A DNA stretch of 63,490 nucleotides, filler included, from Octopus bimaculoides (GCF_001194135.2; 8 parts of 7 records of this genome joined end to end with filler, not necessarily neighbours in it), one strand, 5' to 3'; shown: positions 39,077-51,908, counted from the first letter of the whole stretch. Program-made: numbers and translations. Notes: generated by a model from the letters alone, not told the origin.

Positions 39077-39348
39077 TCTTGCAGTCTTCTTTAGTCCTTC
39101 TATCTGGACTTTGGCCCTATATACGATGCCCTTTTCTAGACATCTCCCTTCCAACGGACAGGAGGTTGGGTCTTTGAAATTACAGGTCTTTGTAAGCGGG
39201 TCGGCATTATTGTTTTTGGCAATTATTTTATTGTTGTGTTGGCTGATTAAAGAGGCGAAGTTTTTGCAGCAAGAATAGCTAATCTTAAGCGTTCTTCTAT
39301 TAAATATTCTGAATATTTAATAGAAGAACGCTTAAGATTAGCTATTCT

Positions 39349-39448
39349 NNNNNNNNNNNNNNNNNNNNNNNNNNNNNNNNNNNNNNNNNNNNTTAATTAA
39401 TTAANNNNNNNNNNNNNNNNNNNNNNNNNNNNNNNNNNNNNNNNNNNN
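39349..39448. other. Synthetic scaffold spacer
   Basis: Linker at 39393-39404 with 44 N on each side. Confidence 0.95.
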
Positions 39449-39846
39449 TATAGAAAAACAAAAGACGAAAACAGGTGTATGAACAAATAGCAGGTATATT
39501 AGTTTGACGCCCTTGAAAGTGAGAAACTCTTTTGCGTTTCGAGCCCTTACGCTCTTCAACAGAAAGAAAAACGAGGAAATAAACAGAGAGAGAATTAAAA
39601 AAAAAAAAAAACTTTTGGAGCTGGCGGCCAATCATGGCCACTGGCTGGACAAATGTAGTTAGACAGGAGAGCTACGAAGAAGGGGAGATAATAAAGTATT
39701 GGTGACCCCCGGAACGTGCGTGCGTATGTGAGAACGTGTAAGTGTGTGCGTATGGACACAGTGTAGTGACTGTGATGTGCGGATGCGTGCGTGTGCATGT
39801 GTGTCTGTGATGTGTGGGTGTGTGAATGATGGTGTGTATATATGCA

Positions 39847-39904
<58 letters not shown>

Positions 39905-40099
39905 AGTGGACAGCCCAAGGAAATAGGAGACCCAGCAATACAAGCACAAAGTCTGTATTTTAATACAACTCTAATATCTCCTCCCTCATTACAGACTTAT
40001 GAATATGACGATAAAAGTCTGAGAAGCGTTATTCATCTCTCCTTTATAATTGAACTTAGTTATTGGAGGTTGTGAAGATGCTAAAATGGAAAACTGCTA

Positions 40100-40465
40100 G
40101 GCGATGGAGCGTCTGTGTGCTGAGTAGCTTGCTCAACAACCACCTGGCCCTGAGTTCAGTCCCAGTACGTGGCACCTTGAGCAATTGTCTTCTACTATAG
40201 ACTCTGGCCGACCAAAGTCTTGAGTGAATTTGGTAGACGGAAACTGAAAGAAGCCCCGTTGTATATTAGTGTGTGTTTATCTGTGTTTGTCTCCCCACCA
40301 TCGCTTGACAACCGATGCTGACAACCGATGCTGACAACTGATGCAAAAGAAGCCGATAGTGTAACTAGTAGGCTTCCAAAGTAGAAGTTTTGGGGTCGAT
40401 TTGTTCGACTAAAGGCGGAGCACCAGCATGGCCGTAGTCAAATGACTGCAACAAGTAAAAATAAA
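40100..40465 (+). mobile_element. SINE family E
   Basis: Both halves; internal 13-bp triplication gacaaccgatgct near 40308. Confidence 0.85.
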
Positions 40466-42397
40466 AGAATGTAACTACACATCATTACTAACGGCTACTA
40501 ATGGAAAACATATTTATTTCATGCATGGAATTGGTGTTCAACTATTGTAGGGGAGATAATCCTTTCTGGATGAAGTGAAAGTGGAACCAGAAGTTTCAAT
40601 TTTATGTCAAAAACATAAGTTTTCCGTCTAATATTTAATATGTCTTGATTTTTTTTTCTTAGACATTGGTTATCGATGTATGCCCTTAAATCTACTATGG
40701 ACAAGCATTTACTACAAGAAACCATTGTAACTGTAAAACTTCGTAATAGGAACCAGAACTAGATAGAAAAGCGATAGATGAAAACACCACCACCCAACAA
40801 AGAAATTCGGGAGAGAAGATAATATCAGCGAATGGAGATTTAGGAATAGGAACATTTGTAATGCTTATTAAAACATTCATATTACTCACTTAAAATAAAT
40901 CATTATATTTAGCGGGATAAAATGTTATGCTATATTAAATCCGGAGATGATAATCCTATGACATAAAAAGATATCCTTATGATGTTTGTTTGCCTACAGT
41001 CGATGAGCTGAAATATGTGTCTGTTATTCTGCATGTTTTCAGATTCGGAATTCATGGCGAAGACTACATTTATGCGATTTTGGTGTTTCACTGGTTCCGA
41101 AACTGGTCGACAATTCACTAAGATGGAGGATGCGGAAAACGAGAATAAAAGTTTTAGCAAAAACGACAACTATTATAAGTAGATAATACATGGAAAGACA
41201 ATGAAAGATACAGTGATGGTGACTTGCTAAGATAATCTGCGAAGGAAGTGGGACGTGTACAGAACAAAATGGTGAAATATACAATAGGTTCAAATATATC
41301 CCACCATTGGAGAGTGTATCTACAATAATATGTTGCACGTTAAACGACAATAATTTCCAAGGATCCATTTTAAAGATTATATACGCGCACAAGTTTTGTG
41401 AATATATCATCAGCAGCATCATCGTCGTCGTCGTTTAACGTCCACCTTCCATGCTGGCATAGGTATTTATCGTTAATCCTTTTCATGGTTCGGTCATTAG
41501 ACTGCGGCCATGCTTTGGCCTCACCCTGAAGATTTTTTAGTCAAATGAATTGGCAAAACTAATTATCGTTTTAAAGCTTAGTTCTTGTTCTATCGGTCTC
41601 TTTGCTTAACTGCTAGGTTATATATATGTATATATANNNNNNNNNNCAAAACTAATTATCGTTTTAAAGCTTAGTTCTTGTTCTATCGGTCTCTTTGCTT
41701 AACTGCTAGGTTATATATATGTATGTATGTATGTATATAAGCATATGTGAATATGTGTGTGCCTGTCTGTGCTTGTTTGTGTGCCTGTGTGTCTTTATGA
41801 GATGTAAATTCCTTCAGGAGTCACCCAAAGCTATAAAAAATCTTGAACCAATGCATATTTGGTAATGCTTTAGTAAGTTGAATCATTCCTTTACATATTT
41901 CAGCAAAAGCAATGTTATGTATACTCTACAGCTATTTGTAAAACTAAACATTGTTATGAATACACACAGAGAAACAAAGATGGAGGGAGAGAAAGTGAGT
42001 GATAGGGAAAGAGAGACAGAGAGAGAGAAAAAATGACTGAGTGAATGTATGTGTGAGAGGAAGAGAGAGGCTAAGCGAAGTGTAAAGAGAGAAGAAAGAA
42101 ACGCGGTTAGACATAACATACGACACAAAATGTCACGTGAGCAAATTTTAAAAGCAGACGACACATCACTTGCCTGACAGGCAGGAGAAGAAAAGTAATT
42201 TTATTCTTGTTTTGTGCAAAATTATGTTTTTATGCTGTGTCATAGTTGTAATTTCATTACTTATGTCAGTTCGAATAAAGTTACACATTAAACAAATGTA
42301 ATATCGAGAAAGAAATATAAAACGAATGTCGTCCAGAGTTGACAGCTGCACTTACTGAACACATAAATATGGTGTATGTGTATATACACACACAAAC

Positions 42398-42437
<40 letters not shown>

Positions 42438-43979
42438 NNNNNNNNNNNNNNNNNNNNNNNNNNNNNNNNNNNNNNNNNNNNNNNNNNNNNNNNNNNNNNN
42501 NNNNNNNNNNNNNNNNNNNNNNNNNNNNNNNNNNNNNNNNNNNNNNNNNNNNNNNNNNNNNNNNNNNNNNNNNNNNNNNNNNNNNNNNNNNNNNNNNNNN
42601 NNNNNNNNNNNNNNNNNNNNNNNNNNNNNNNNNNNNNNNNNNNNNNNNNNNNNNNNNNNNNNNNNNNNNNNNNNNNNNNNNNNNNNNNNNNNNNNNNNNN
42701 NNNNNNNNNNNNNNNNNNNNNNNNNNNNNNNNNNNNNNNNNNNNNNNNNNNNNNNNNNNNNNNNNNNNNNNNNNNNNNNNNNNNNNNNNNNNNNNNNNNN
42801 NNNNNNNNNNNNNNNNNNNNNNNNNNNNNNNNNNNNNNNNNNNNNNNNNNTATATATATATATATATATATATATATGCATAGGTATGTATGTAATGTAT
42901 GTATGTATGTGTGTGTGTGTAAGTATGTATGTATGTATAACATGTCAACTTTCGCTCTCTTTGCGATTAACTTTGACTAAACTGTGCTGGTCAGCAATTA
43001 AATTAAATGTTTTTAAAGATTTCGACATATCTAACATTTTCCTTTGATAGTTTCCATTATCGATCTACATTTTTTCCTAAATTATCGTTCTAATAGATGT
43101 CACTCATTCTCATAGCTATTTTCCCGTTTTTGTTGCTGTTGCTGTTGCCGCCGCTGCTGCTGCTGCTGTTTCTGCTGCTGCTGCTGCTTCTGGTATTGTT
43201 GTTGCATTGGCAGTGCATGTCCCTCTCTTTGTTGCTTGATCATAATATCAGGACTAATCCTGGAGCTGTACAATCATAGACACGTCTGTTAGCCTAGATA
43301 TTCCACTTGCATAGCAACGGTTACATCTCTTAATACATCTGGTTTCATTAAAAAGGATGCAGGGACCTTACAAGATACTTAATTCGAAATGAAAGTCTAA
43401 TTAGTTGCCCGCTAATTTGGTAAAACCAGAACTTTCCGTATATGTTCTCAGCCTCATTAAACTACCCCAAATCAATTTCTCATTATAATCTTCTGTAACC
43501 ATTACGGTAGAAGTTACATGGATGTTAAAAGTATAATTTCTTTCATAATTAATGAGATCTTTGGAGTTTATCATTGAATTACTTTTATGTATGTGTTGTG
43601 CATGTGTGTATTATGGGGAAAGGATGCGCGTTGACGACAAATGGACATGTCGGCTGATACCAAGACAAGTCTTCGCATACCATCAACCACTGCTCGTGCC
43701 AAATTGATGTCGTAGATCCAAAGAATTTAAGGTCAAATTTTGCACCTGATTAAAAGACGATTCCCTCCATTTTATAGCTGATTAACCGCAGCTCTTTTAC
43801 ACCAATATATATAGTATCTGCACTACGTTGAGTGTATCCAATTGACGTCAGCCACCCTTCTAAGAGCGTCTACATCCAACTTACTATTTATTAAGCGTCA
43901 ATATGACGCAATCAGTCGACATACCCTTACGTTTATTTTATCTTTTATTTTTATTTATTTATTATATTTATTTCATTCG

Positions 43980-44300
43980 GGAGACTGTAGTCATGCTGGG
44001 GCATATACTTGAAGAATTTCTACTCGAATGAATGGAACCCAAAATGTATTTTCGTAAAGCCTGGAACTTATTCTATGAGTTACTTTCGACGAATCCTTAA
44101 TTTACGAGGCTGTAAACACACCAATACCGGATTTTAAGCATTGGTGGAGAACACACACGCACACTCAGATATTTATATATACGTGTATATATACAATAGG
44201 TTTCATTCAGTTTCCTTCTACCAAATCTACTCAAAAGGCTTTCGTCGGCACGAGACTATAATAGAAGACATTTGCCTAAGGTGCAAACGTATTACCACAA
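43980..44300 (-). mobile_element. SINE family E, diverged
   Basis: Both halves recognisable. Further fragments at about 5341-5466(+), 6541-6622(+), 12995-13155(+), 19690-19790(+), 22920-23055(+), 29536-29676(-), 41490-41615(-), 48585-48800(-), 53995-54072(-), 54530-54688(-), 57240-57360(-), 60795-60948(-). Confidence 0.75.
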
Positions 44301-45200
44301 GGACATACATGCAGTTATATATGGGATAAATTTTAAGTTCCAAGTTCAAAACTTGTGTGAAGCTATTTACGTACCTGACATTGAATCAGATACTTTAGTA
44401 TGACTGCTTATTAGACAGACTAAATTTGAGCGGTGATAGAAATATAATAAAATAGAAAAAAGAAGCACAGTAAATATTCACGGAGAAGAATAAATTGGTC
44501 TTCAAAATTGATTAACTTACCATCACGCAAACATTTATTCTTCTCGACATATTTCTCTATGAATAAAGCTGGATATTCTTGATGAAAAAAAAAAAAAATC
44601 ACATTAATGTACGATGTGTAAACAAACTAACAAGAAAATTTCTGCGTGGTCATTTCAAAAAATGAAGGAGACATTAGTTAATGTGGTCCCCCAATAATTG
44701 CGTCTGAAACAAATACTGCAAGTTGTTTCGTCTGTTTGCCAGATGAGGTTTGCATACATCCAAACACTAACAACAATTACAAAACACTGACAGAGTTCAG
44801 TCGTGATGTCCGATCTATTTGAATGATCAGACAGATTTGCTCACGTGCCGCACCCCCAGGCCGAATTATTATTACACTTACGGAAGATGTGTCTAAAGTT
44901 CAACATATGACTTCCTTTCGTTATCTACATTCCAATGATGGGGCTTCATATTTCAGTGAAAAATTAGTTCCTTCTTTACAGGTTAAAAAAAGACAAAAAA
45001 ACCTTCAAGTAGTTAACAGCTGGAGGGAACATACACGTATATATATATATATATATATATATATGGATAGTCATGCATACATACATACATGCATACATAC
45101 AAGCATACATACATGCATACATACACGCATACATTCATGCATACATACAATCAAATGTATCGATTTTCTGCCTCCGTCTTCCCTTCCTTTGGACTTTCCT

Positions 45201-45240
45201 CTATTTCTGAAGAAGAGCTTGGCTCGAAACATTAATTACT
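45201..45240 (+). ncRNA. Degenerate hammerhead ribozyme motif in a solo pLTR-like unit (about 45150-45350)
   Basis: CUGAAGA-A-GAGC-UUG-GCUC-GAAAC-AUU; stem I degenerate; the unit is flanked by (CATA)n. Confidence 0.55.
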
Positions 45241-45984
45241 CTTGCCTTCCTTTCCTGAGCGTCTGATAATACAATAATACAATACTTGTACCACGTCCTC
45301 ACGTTATTGTTTCTTTTTTTTCTTGTTTGTTCTTCTTGGCTTGGATTCACTACATACATACATACATACATACATAAACTGGGGTTTTCAAAAACAGAAA
45401 TCGACCATCTAATTCGTAAATTATGAGTACAATCTGTGAGTGGAACAGTAAAATTATGCAAGACTTTTCTCAAGTTCTAAATGTGAATTTCTCTGTGTTA
45501 ACTACATCCCAAAGATGGAGCTTTCTCTTTTTTTTTTGTGGGGGGGGGACCGGCTCCCTCCTCAGTGGAAGATTTATTATAATTAAAAAGATAGAAGAGA
45601 CATACATCTATAAAGGCGTGCATACCCACATGCAATCGCACAGACGCATCCACGCGACAGGCATACGCGCATACGCGCGCGCGCACACACATACACACAC
45701 ACACACACACACATACACACACACACACACATATTTTCTAGGATTCATTGCATTGAATTGTCTGAAGATTCTGAAACAGAAAAAGTGGAACAACGACGAA
45801 ACATTCGCAGATATTGTGAATGAAAATATAAGGCAAGGAATTATGTAAGAAGCTGAAAGTAAATGACTGAATGAAATAAATGGAACGAAAATGAGAAGAA
45901 GAGAAAAAGAGAAGGGAAATATGGAAGGGATTGGTGAATAGCGAAACGAAACCGAAGAAGTAAATGTAGGAAAGAAAGAATGAA

Positions 45985-45995
45985 TGAGCGAACGT

Positions 45996-46038
<43 letters not shown>

Positions 46039-46155
46039 GAAGAAAGGAAGAAAGGAAGGAAGAAAAAAAGAAAGAAAGAAAGAAGGAAAGAAGGAAAGAA
46101 AGAAGGTAGGAAAGAAAGAAAGATGAATGGAACAGTGAAATAAGAAAGGAAAGAA
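45985..46155. repeat. (AAAG/AAGG)n purine tract
   Basis: Direct reading. Confidence 0.9.
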
Positions 46156-46282
46156 AGGTAGCCAACGTAAGATTTGAAGAAATGAATAGAAATGAAATAA
46201 ATAAATGGCTGTCATGTTTACAGAGGATAAAGGTTCGAGTCAAACAGGCAACCTTCGGCTTTCTTATTATCCAAGAGGTTTT

Positions 46283-46612
46283 TAACTCAATCAGTGGTTA
46301 GAGCGTCTGGCTTACAATCATGAGGTAGTGAGTTCGATTCCCGGACCGGGTTGTGTACTTGAGCAAGACACTTTATTTCACGTTGTTCCACTTCACTCAG
46401 CTGTAGAAATGAGTTGCAACGTCACTGGTACCAAGCTGTATCGGCCCCTTTGCCTTTCCCTTGGATAACATCAGTGGTGTGGAGTGGGGGAGACTGGTAG
46501 GTATAGGCGACTGCTGGTCTTCCATGAACAACCTTGACCAGATTTGTGCCTCGGAGGGGAACATTCTATGTGCAATCCCATGGGGATTCACGACCGAACG
46601 GGATTTTTAACC
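46283..46612 (+). mobile_element. SINE family C (shared core, different tail)
   Basis: A/B boxes (cagtggttagagcg, agttcgattcccgg), core tgagcaagacactttatttcacgttg, unrelated 3' tail. Confidence 0.75.
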
Positions 46613-46648
46613 TTTACCCGACACTTTATTACTTATAACTATAGTTAA

Positions 46649-46848
46649 GGCGGTGAACCAGGAGAATCGCTAACACGCCGGACAAAATACTTAGCGGAAT
46701 TTTGTCCGAGTTCAAATTCCTCCACGGTTGACTTTGTCTTTCATGCTTTGGGATCGATAAAATAAGATACCAGTTGAATACTGGTGTTGCGGTAATGGAC
46801 TAGCACCTCCTCACAAAATGTCAGGCGTCGTGCCTAGAGCGGAAATGA
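46649..46848 (+). mobile_element. SINE family D, diverged
   Basis: Matches 9209-9420 with many substitutions. Confidence 0.75.
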
Positions 46849-47266
46849 TCACTTAGTTTCGTCTACTACAAACCGCAGCCATTTTAAATAAATGAACAGT
46901 GAATATAAAACATAAAGAAAAACAAATTTTATATGCAAGAGATAAAGAAAGATGAGAGGAACAGAAACAAGAAGGGAAGAGTAAGAGGAAGGAAGAGGGA
47001 CTGAAAGATTCTAAGGGAGGGGGAGGACACGAGGAAATTCATTTGTTGAGAAAGATTGGTTTCTAATTTTGGAACAAGGCCAGCAATTCGGGAGAAGAGG
47101 TTCAGCCGATTACATCGAACTCCAGTACACAACTGGGACTTATTTTATCGATCTGGAAAGGATGAAAGGCAAGGTAGACCTGGACGGAATTTGAAATCGG
47201 GACGCGCTGACGGATGGAATGTTGCTAAACATTTTGTCCGGCGCGTGAACGATTCTGCCAAGGAGA

Positions 47267-47281
47267 AAGGAATAAAAGTAT

Positions 47282-47338
<57 letters not shown>

Positions 47339-48170
47339 TGAGGGGGGAACAGAGAGAGGGAAAGAAAGTGAGAGTGGGAGATAGATAGAGATGAATAGAA
47401 AGAAAGAGAGAAAGGGAGAGAGAGAGAGAAAATATAGAGACAAATAGAGAGGGAGTGAGAGATAGAGAGAGGGAGAGAAAGAGAGAAGGAGAGAAAGAAA
47501 GAGAAAGAGGGTGAAAAGGAGAGAGAGAGAAAATATAGAAAGAGAGAGGGAGAAAAGGCGAAAAGATGAGAAAGAGGGAGAAAGGGAGAGAGGGAAAGCG
47601 AGAGAAAGAGGGAGAAAGGGAGAGAGAGAGAGAGAAAATATAGAAAGAGAGAGGGAGAAAAGGAGAAAAGAAGTGAAAGAGACAGAAAGAGGGAGAAAGG
47701 GAGAGGGGGAAAGAGGGAGAAAGGGAGAGAGGGAAAGAGAGAGATAGCGAGAGAAAGAGAGTGAGAGTGAGAGGGAAAGTGAGGGAGGTGTGTGAGTGAT
47801 TGTGTGTGAGTGATTGTGTGTGAGTGATTGTGTGTGATTTCTATGTGATTGCGGAAGAATAGAGAAAGAGAAAAGTTTGCGGAAGAGACAGAGAGAGAGA
47901 GAGGGAGAGAGAAAGAGAGAGTGAGAGAGCGAGAGAGAGAGTCTGAAGAAGAGGGAGTGAGTAGTAGCGAGTAAATTAGTTGCAGACAAAGGGGGAAAGT
48001 GTGAGAGAGTGAAGAGGAGGCCAAGAGGAAGTGGGTGGGCGAATGAGGTGATTGATAGAAAGTGTATTGGTGAAAGAGATAAAAAGAAGATGAAGAATGA
48101 GGAGAGTCGGGTGAAGGAGAAGAAGAGGAGGAAAAAGAGGAAGGGGCAGCAGAAAGGAATGGAATGTCAG
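47267..48170. repeat. Long GA-rich polypurine tract with internal higher-order repeats
   Basis: (GA)n followed by repeated gagagagagaaaatataga... blocks at about 47420, 47521 and 47627, and (gtgtgagtgatt)n near 47790. Confidence 0.9.
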
Positions 48171-48271
48171 GAATGCAGTTGCTAGGGTTTAGTGGAACCT
48201 GGACTGCGTGGAGGGGGGAGGAGGAGAAGGAAGGGGGGAATCTTGCTGGGTGGCTCTTAGAGATAGTAGAA

Positions 48272-48308
<37 letters not shown>

Positions 48309-48879
48309 GGGGCCACCACCGCTGCTGCTGTTCCTGCTGCTGTTGCAGCTGGTGTTATTGCTGCTGCAACAGTCACTTGCAGGAGTCGCTAGGTGGTCAG
48401 TTGACCTGCTAGAAATAGCATGTCCTTTCGTCTGAAGCAAATAGACGGAAGGACATAGAAGAGAACGGAATTTGGAGATTATTTTACGCTGAATTAAAAT
48501 TGCTAAAAGATAGCCATGGATGGAAAAACTTTGTTGGTTTGTTCAATGAGCGCTGATCTTGAGGTGAACAACAACAGCAACAAATTAATGGAATACAAAG
48601 TATTATTATTTTCTTTGTTTTTAGTTTTTTATTGTTTCATTTATTAGACTACGGCCATGCTACAGCACCGCCTTAATGGGTTTCAGTCGAACGAATTGGC
48701 CCCAGAATTCAATCTTTTATATGGAGCCTGGTGCTCGATCGGATTTTGATTTTTGACTCTCCGCTACTTTACGTGGAAATAAACAAACCAACATCAGGTT
48801 TGAGCAGTGGGGGCGAGGCTAACCATTTATCATATACAGACATTCATATGTGCATAAATTCATTCTCCAACTCACACAC

Positions 48880-48916
<37 letters not shown>

Positions 48917-48990
48917 CACACGCACACCACACACCACACACATGCTATTCCACACACACACGTTCGGGCGCTCGCACATACCCACACATA

Positions 48991-50262
48991 CAGGGGTTGG
49001 ACAAAATGATGGAAACACCTTAAAATTTCAAACAAATTAATTTTAATGTTGGGTAGGACCGCATTTAGCATTAGTAACAGCTTGAATTCTATGAAGTATA
49101 GATTCCTACAAAGATTGAATGACTTCCAAAGGAATTTTTGTTTATTTTTCAGCTAAAACTGTCTCCAGTTCTTGTCGTGATGATGGTGGAGGATATCGGC
49201 TCCTTACTCGTTTTTCTAAATAAAGTGCACTATAAATGTTAAATAATATTTGAGATTCAGGGACGGTGGCAGCCTGATGAGATGTTCAGTTTCACTAGAA
49301 TGTTCCTCGTGCCATTCAGTAACAACATTAGCATTGTGAATTGGTGCATTATCATCCTCAATGATTGCGTTTCCCTCCGGAAACAGTTCTGTAACTATAG
49401 GATGAATTTCATCAGATAAAATGATTGAATAGGTTTGACTATTAATTCTGCCACAAAGGGAAACCATTGGGCCGGCGGATTTTTAAGATATAAAACCCCA
49501 GATCATCACAGATCCTCCTCCATATTTAACAGTTGGAAGAAGGTAGTCTAGGTCAAACGCATCTTTCGGCTGTCTCCACATGTATACTCGGCCGGTGGTC
49601 GGAAATAAGGTAAAGGATGACTCGTCAGAAAAAATAACATTCTTCCACTACCCTAGGGACCAATTCTGTAGGATTTTACTCCACTCTAAACGCTTTACGT
49701 TTGTTTTTGAAAGTAGTGCTTTTCTGATTGCAGCCTTCCCATGAAATCTGCCTTTGTGCAGCTCCCTGCGAACAGTTTTTGTGGAAACTGGGTTCTCGAG
49801 GTGGTCATTAAGCTCTGCAATATTTTGGGAGCTGTACTTTAGTGATCCTTTCTAACAATTTTCGTAAGAGTCCGACGGTACCTATGAAAGTTTTGGTTTT
49901 ATTCCGGAGTCTTGTTTCGACGAGTAGGTTTTCCCCTCTTTCTTAAAGGCTGTCATTACTTTCGAGACAGTACTTCTTAATACACCAAAGATTTCGGCAG
50001 TTTCGTTACGCTAGCGCAAGCCATACAAGCGCTAACAATTTGACCTCTTTGAAAGTTCGATACATCTGTCATTTTAATGAATCTTAATTACCTTTTTCTG
50101 ATGATATCATGAAAAGAAACAGCAATTTTAGCAAAAGATATTAAGCAGCACTAATAATAAATCAAAAAACATAACAATGAACAAGCTTTTGACGGTTTTA
50201 TATATATTTCAAAATTATGATGCTATGATGCTAGGTGTTTCCGTTATTTTGTTCAACCAATG
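48991..50262 (-). mobile_element. Full-length but inactive Tc1-family DNA transposon
   Basis: 30-bp imperfect TIRs (caggggttggacaaaatgatggaaacacct / aggtgtttccgttattttgttcaaccaatg), TA on both sides, ATG at 50072, WKNVIFSDESSF, KYGGGSVMIWG, DDNAPIH; in-frame stops and frameshifts. Confidence 0.95.
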
Positions 50263-50293
50263 TACACATAGATAACTCCTCTTACCCTCTCCT

Positions 50294-50393
50294 NNNNNNN
50301 NNNNNNNNNNNNNNNNNNNNNNNNNNNNNNNNNNNNNTTAATTAATTAANNNNNNNNNNNNNNNNNNNNNNNNNNNNNNNNNNNNNNNNNNNN
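50294..50393. other. Synthetic scaffold spacer
   Basis: Linker at 50338-50349 with 44 N on each side. Confidence 0.95.
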
Positions 50394-50448
<55 letters not shown>

Positions 50449-50468
50449 ATTGATATGCGTATATTTAT

Positions 50469-50509
<41 letters not shown>

Positions 50510-50512
<3 letters not shown>

Positions 50513-51720
50513 CTTTGAACATGAACTCTGGAGTACCATTAAAAACATTGAGTTTGAAAACCACCCCCTCAAGCACAATCCGTACCACAGAAAATCGAAA
50601 GAACCTGAGATACCAGAAATGGTATTTTAACACATTCAGACAAACCTAGAAACATATACAATATTGACCCCAACATGTACCACGAACTCATACATAGAGA
50701 AATCGCAAAAAGATATAAGTTAGTCCCTAATAGCACACTAAAGAAGATAAACCTAGAAGCCATAAATATAATGTTGGATTTTAATTTAGGAGATAAGACG
50801 GAACCTTTTACTCCGATTAGACTCTGCATAAGAATTAAGAACCATAAAGAAAACTTCCCTAGTAAAACACAGGTCAGATTAATATGTCCTAACAAATCTG
50901 ACCTAGGTAGACTTAGTAAAATAATCTTAGATAAATATCTGCCAACACTAGATAAAAAACAGATATAACCAAAAATTCATACAAATCAATTTACAGAACT
51001 ATTATGCATCTATAAATTCTATTGTCCTTAATAGCACTCTCATTTTCGCCAAGAGATATACTAACCTAAGTATGAGGGAGATGAACGTGATACTCACTGC
51101 CCGTAAGACTGTTATCGAATTTGATAAATTATGGGCGAGGAAAGATACACCAGACCTCTTTGATATCACGATGGGATCGCCAGACTCAACGGAAGCGACA
51201 GACCTGGTAGGTCTATATATCTTGGATAATATAAGTAGTGAATTCCATGAATTAACCGGATGTCTATATAGGGATGACGCACTATTCTTAGTTAAGAACC
51301 TTTCAAATAGACGCCTTGAACTACTTAAAAAGCGATTACATAAATTCTCTAATAGATTTGGTTTATCCATAATCATAGAAAATGAAAACTACTCTATAAA
51401 CTATTTAGATGCAAATTGTAACTTAAACACCAGACTCCATGAGCCTTATATGAAAGAATATTCTACATTTAGATATAGAAACAATTCTAGTAACTATCCC
51501 TTGCAAAGAAAAAAAACGCCCCACTACTAAATATAAGTAAAAGAATTTAAAATCTCTCTTCTAATGACGAGATCTTTAATAAACACAAGGAAAAGTACAA
51601 CAGAGCACTAAAAAATGCAGGATATAAAGGTAGAATTAAATATCTCCCCAAAATATTAGCTATAGAAGCCAGGAGAGAGCAACTACTTCCATCCCCCAAA
51701 ATTTGGACGACTGTAACACT
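50510..51720 (+). mobile_element. Penelope-like element reverse transcriptase, frameshifted pseudogene
   Basis: Motifs NIDPNMYHELIHREIAKRYK, VRLICPNKSDLGRLSKIILD, FDITMGSPDSTEATDLVGLYIL, LYRDDAL, INYLD, SSNYP, NRALKNAGY across several frames. Confidence 0.9.
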
Positions 51721-51856
51721 ACCAAGGATAAATATAAAAATAACAATAGAAATATTAGAAATATGATAAATCACAATAGCCATAATAACAACAACAACAA
51801 CAACAACAATAATAATAATAATGTTAGTAATAATAATAATGATAATGATAATAATG

Positions 51857-51908
<52 letters not shown>

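Noticed and set aside
41043-41115. MAP2K-like kinase motif NS-x5-LCDFGVS
   Set aside because: No upstream HRD-x-K-x-x-N or downstream activation-loop/APE sequence in frame; likely chance.
49622-49628. CUGACGA hammerhead-core-like heptamers here (minus) and at about 22329 (plus)
   Set aside because: They are codons for S-D-E in the Tc1 transposase and the PC1/3 tail; no stem II/GAAA geometry.
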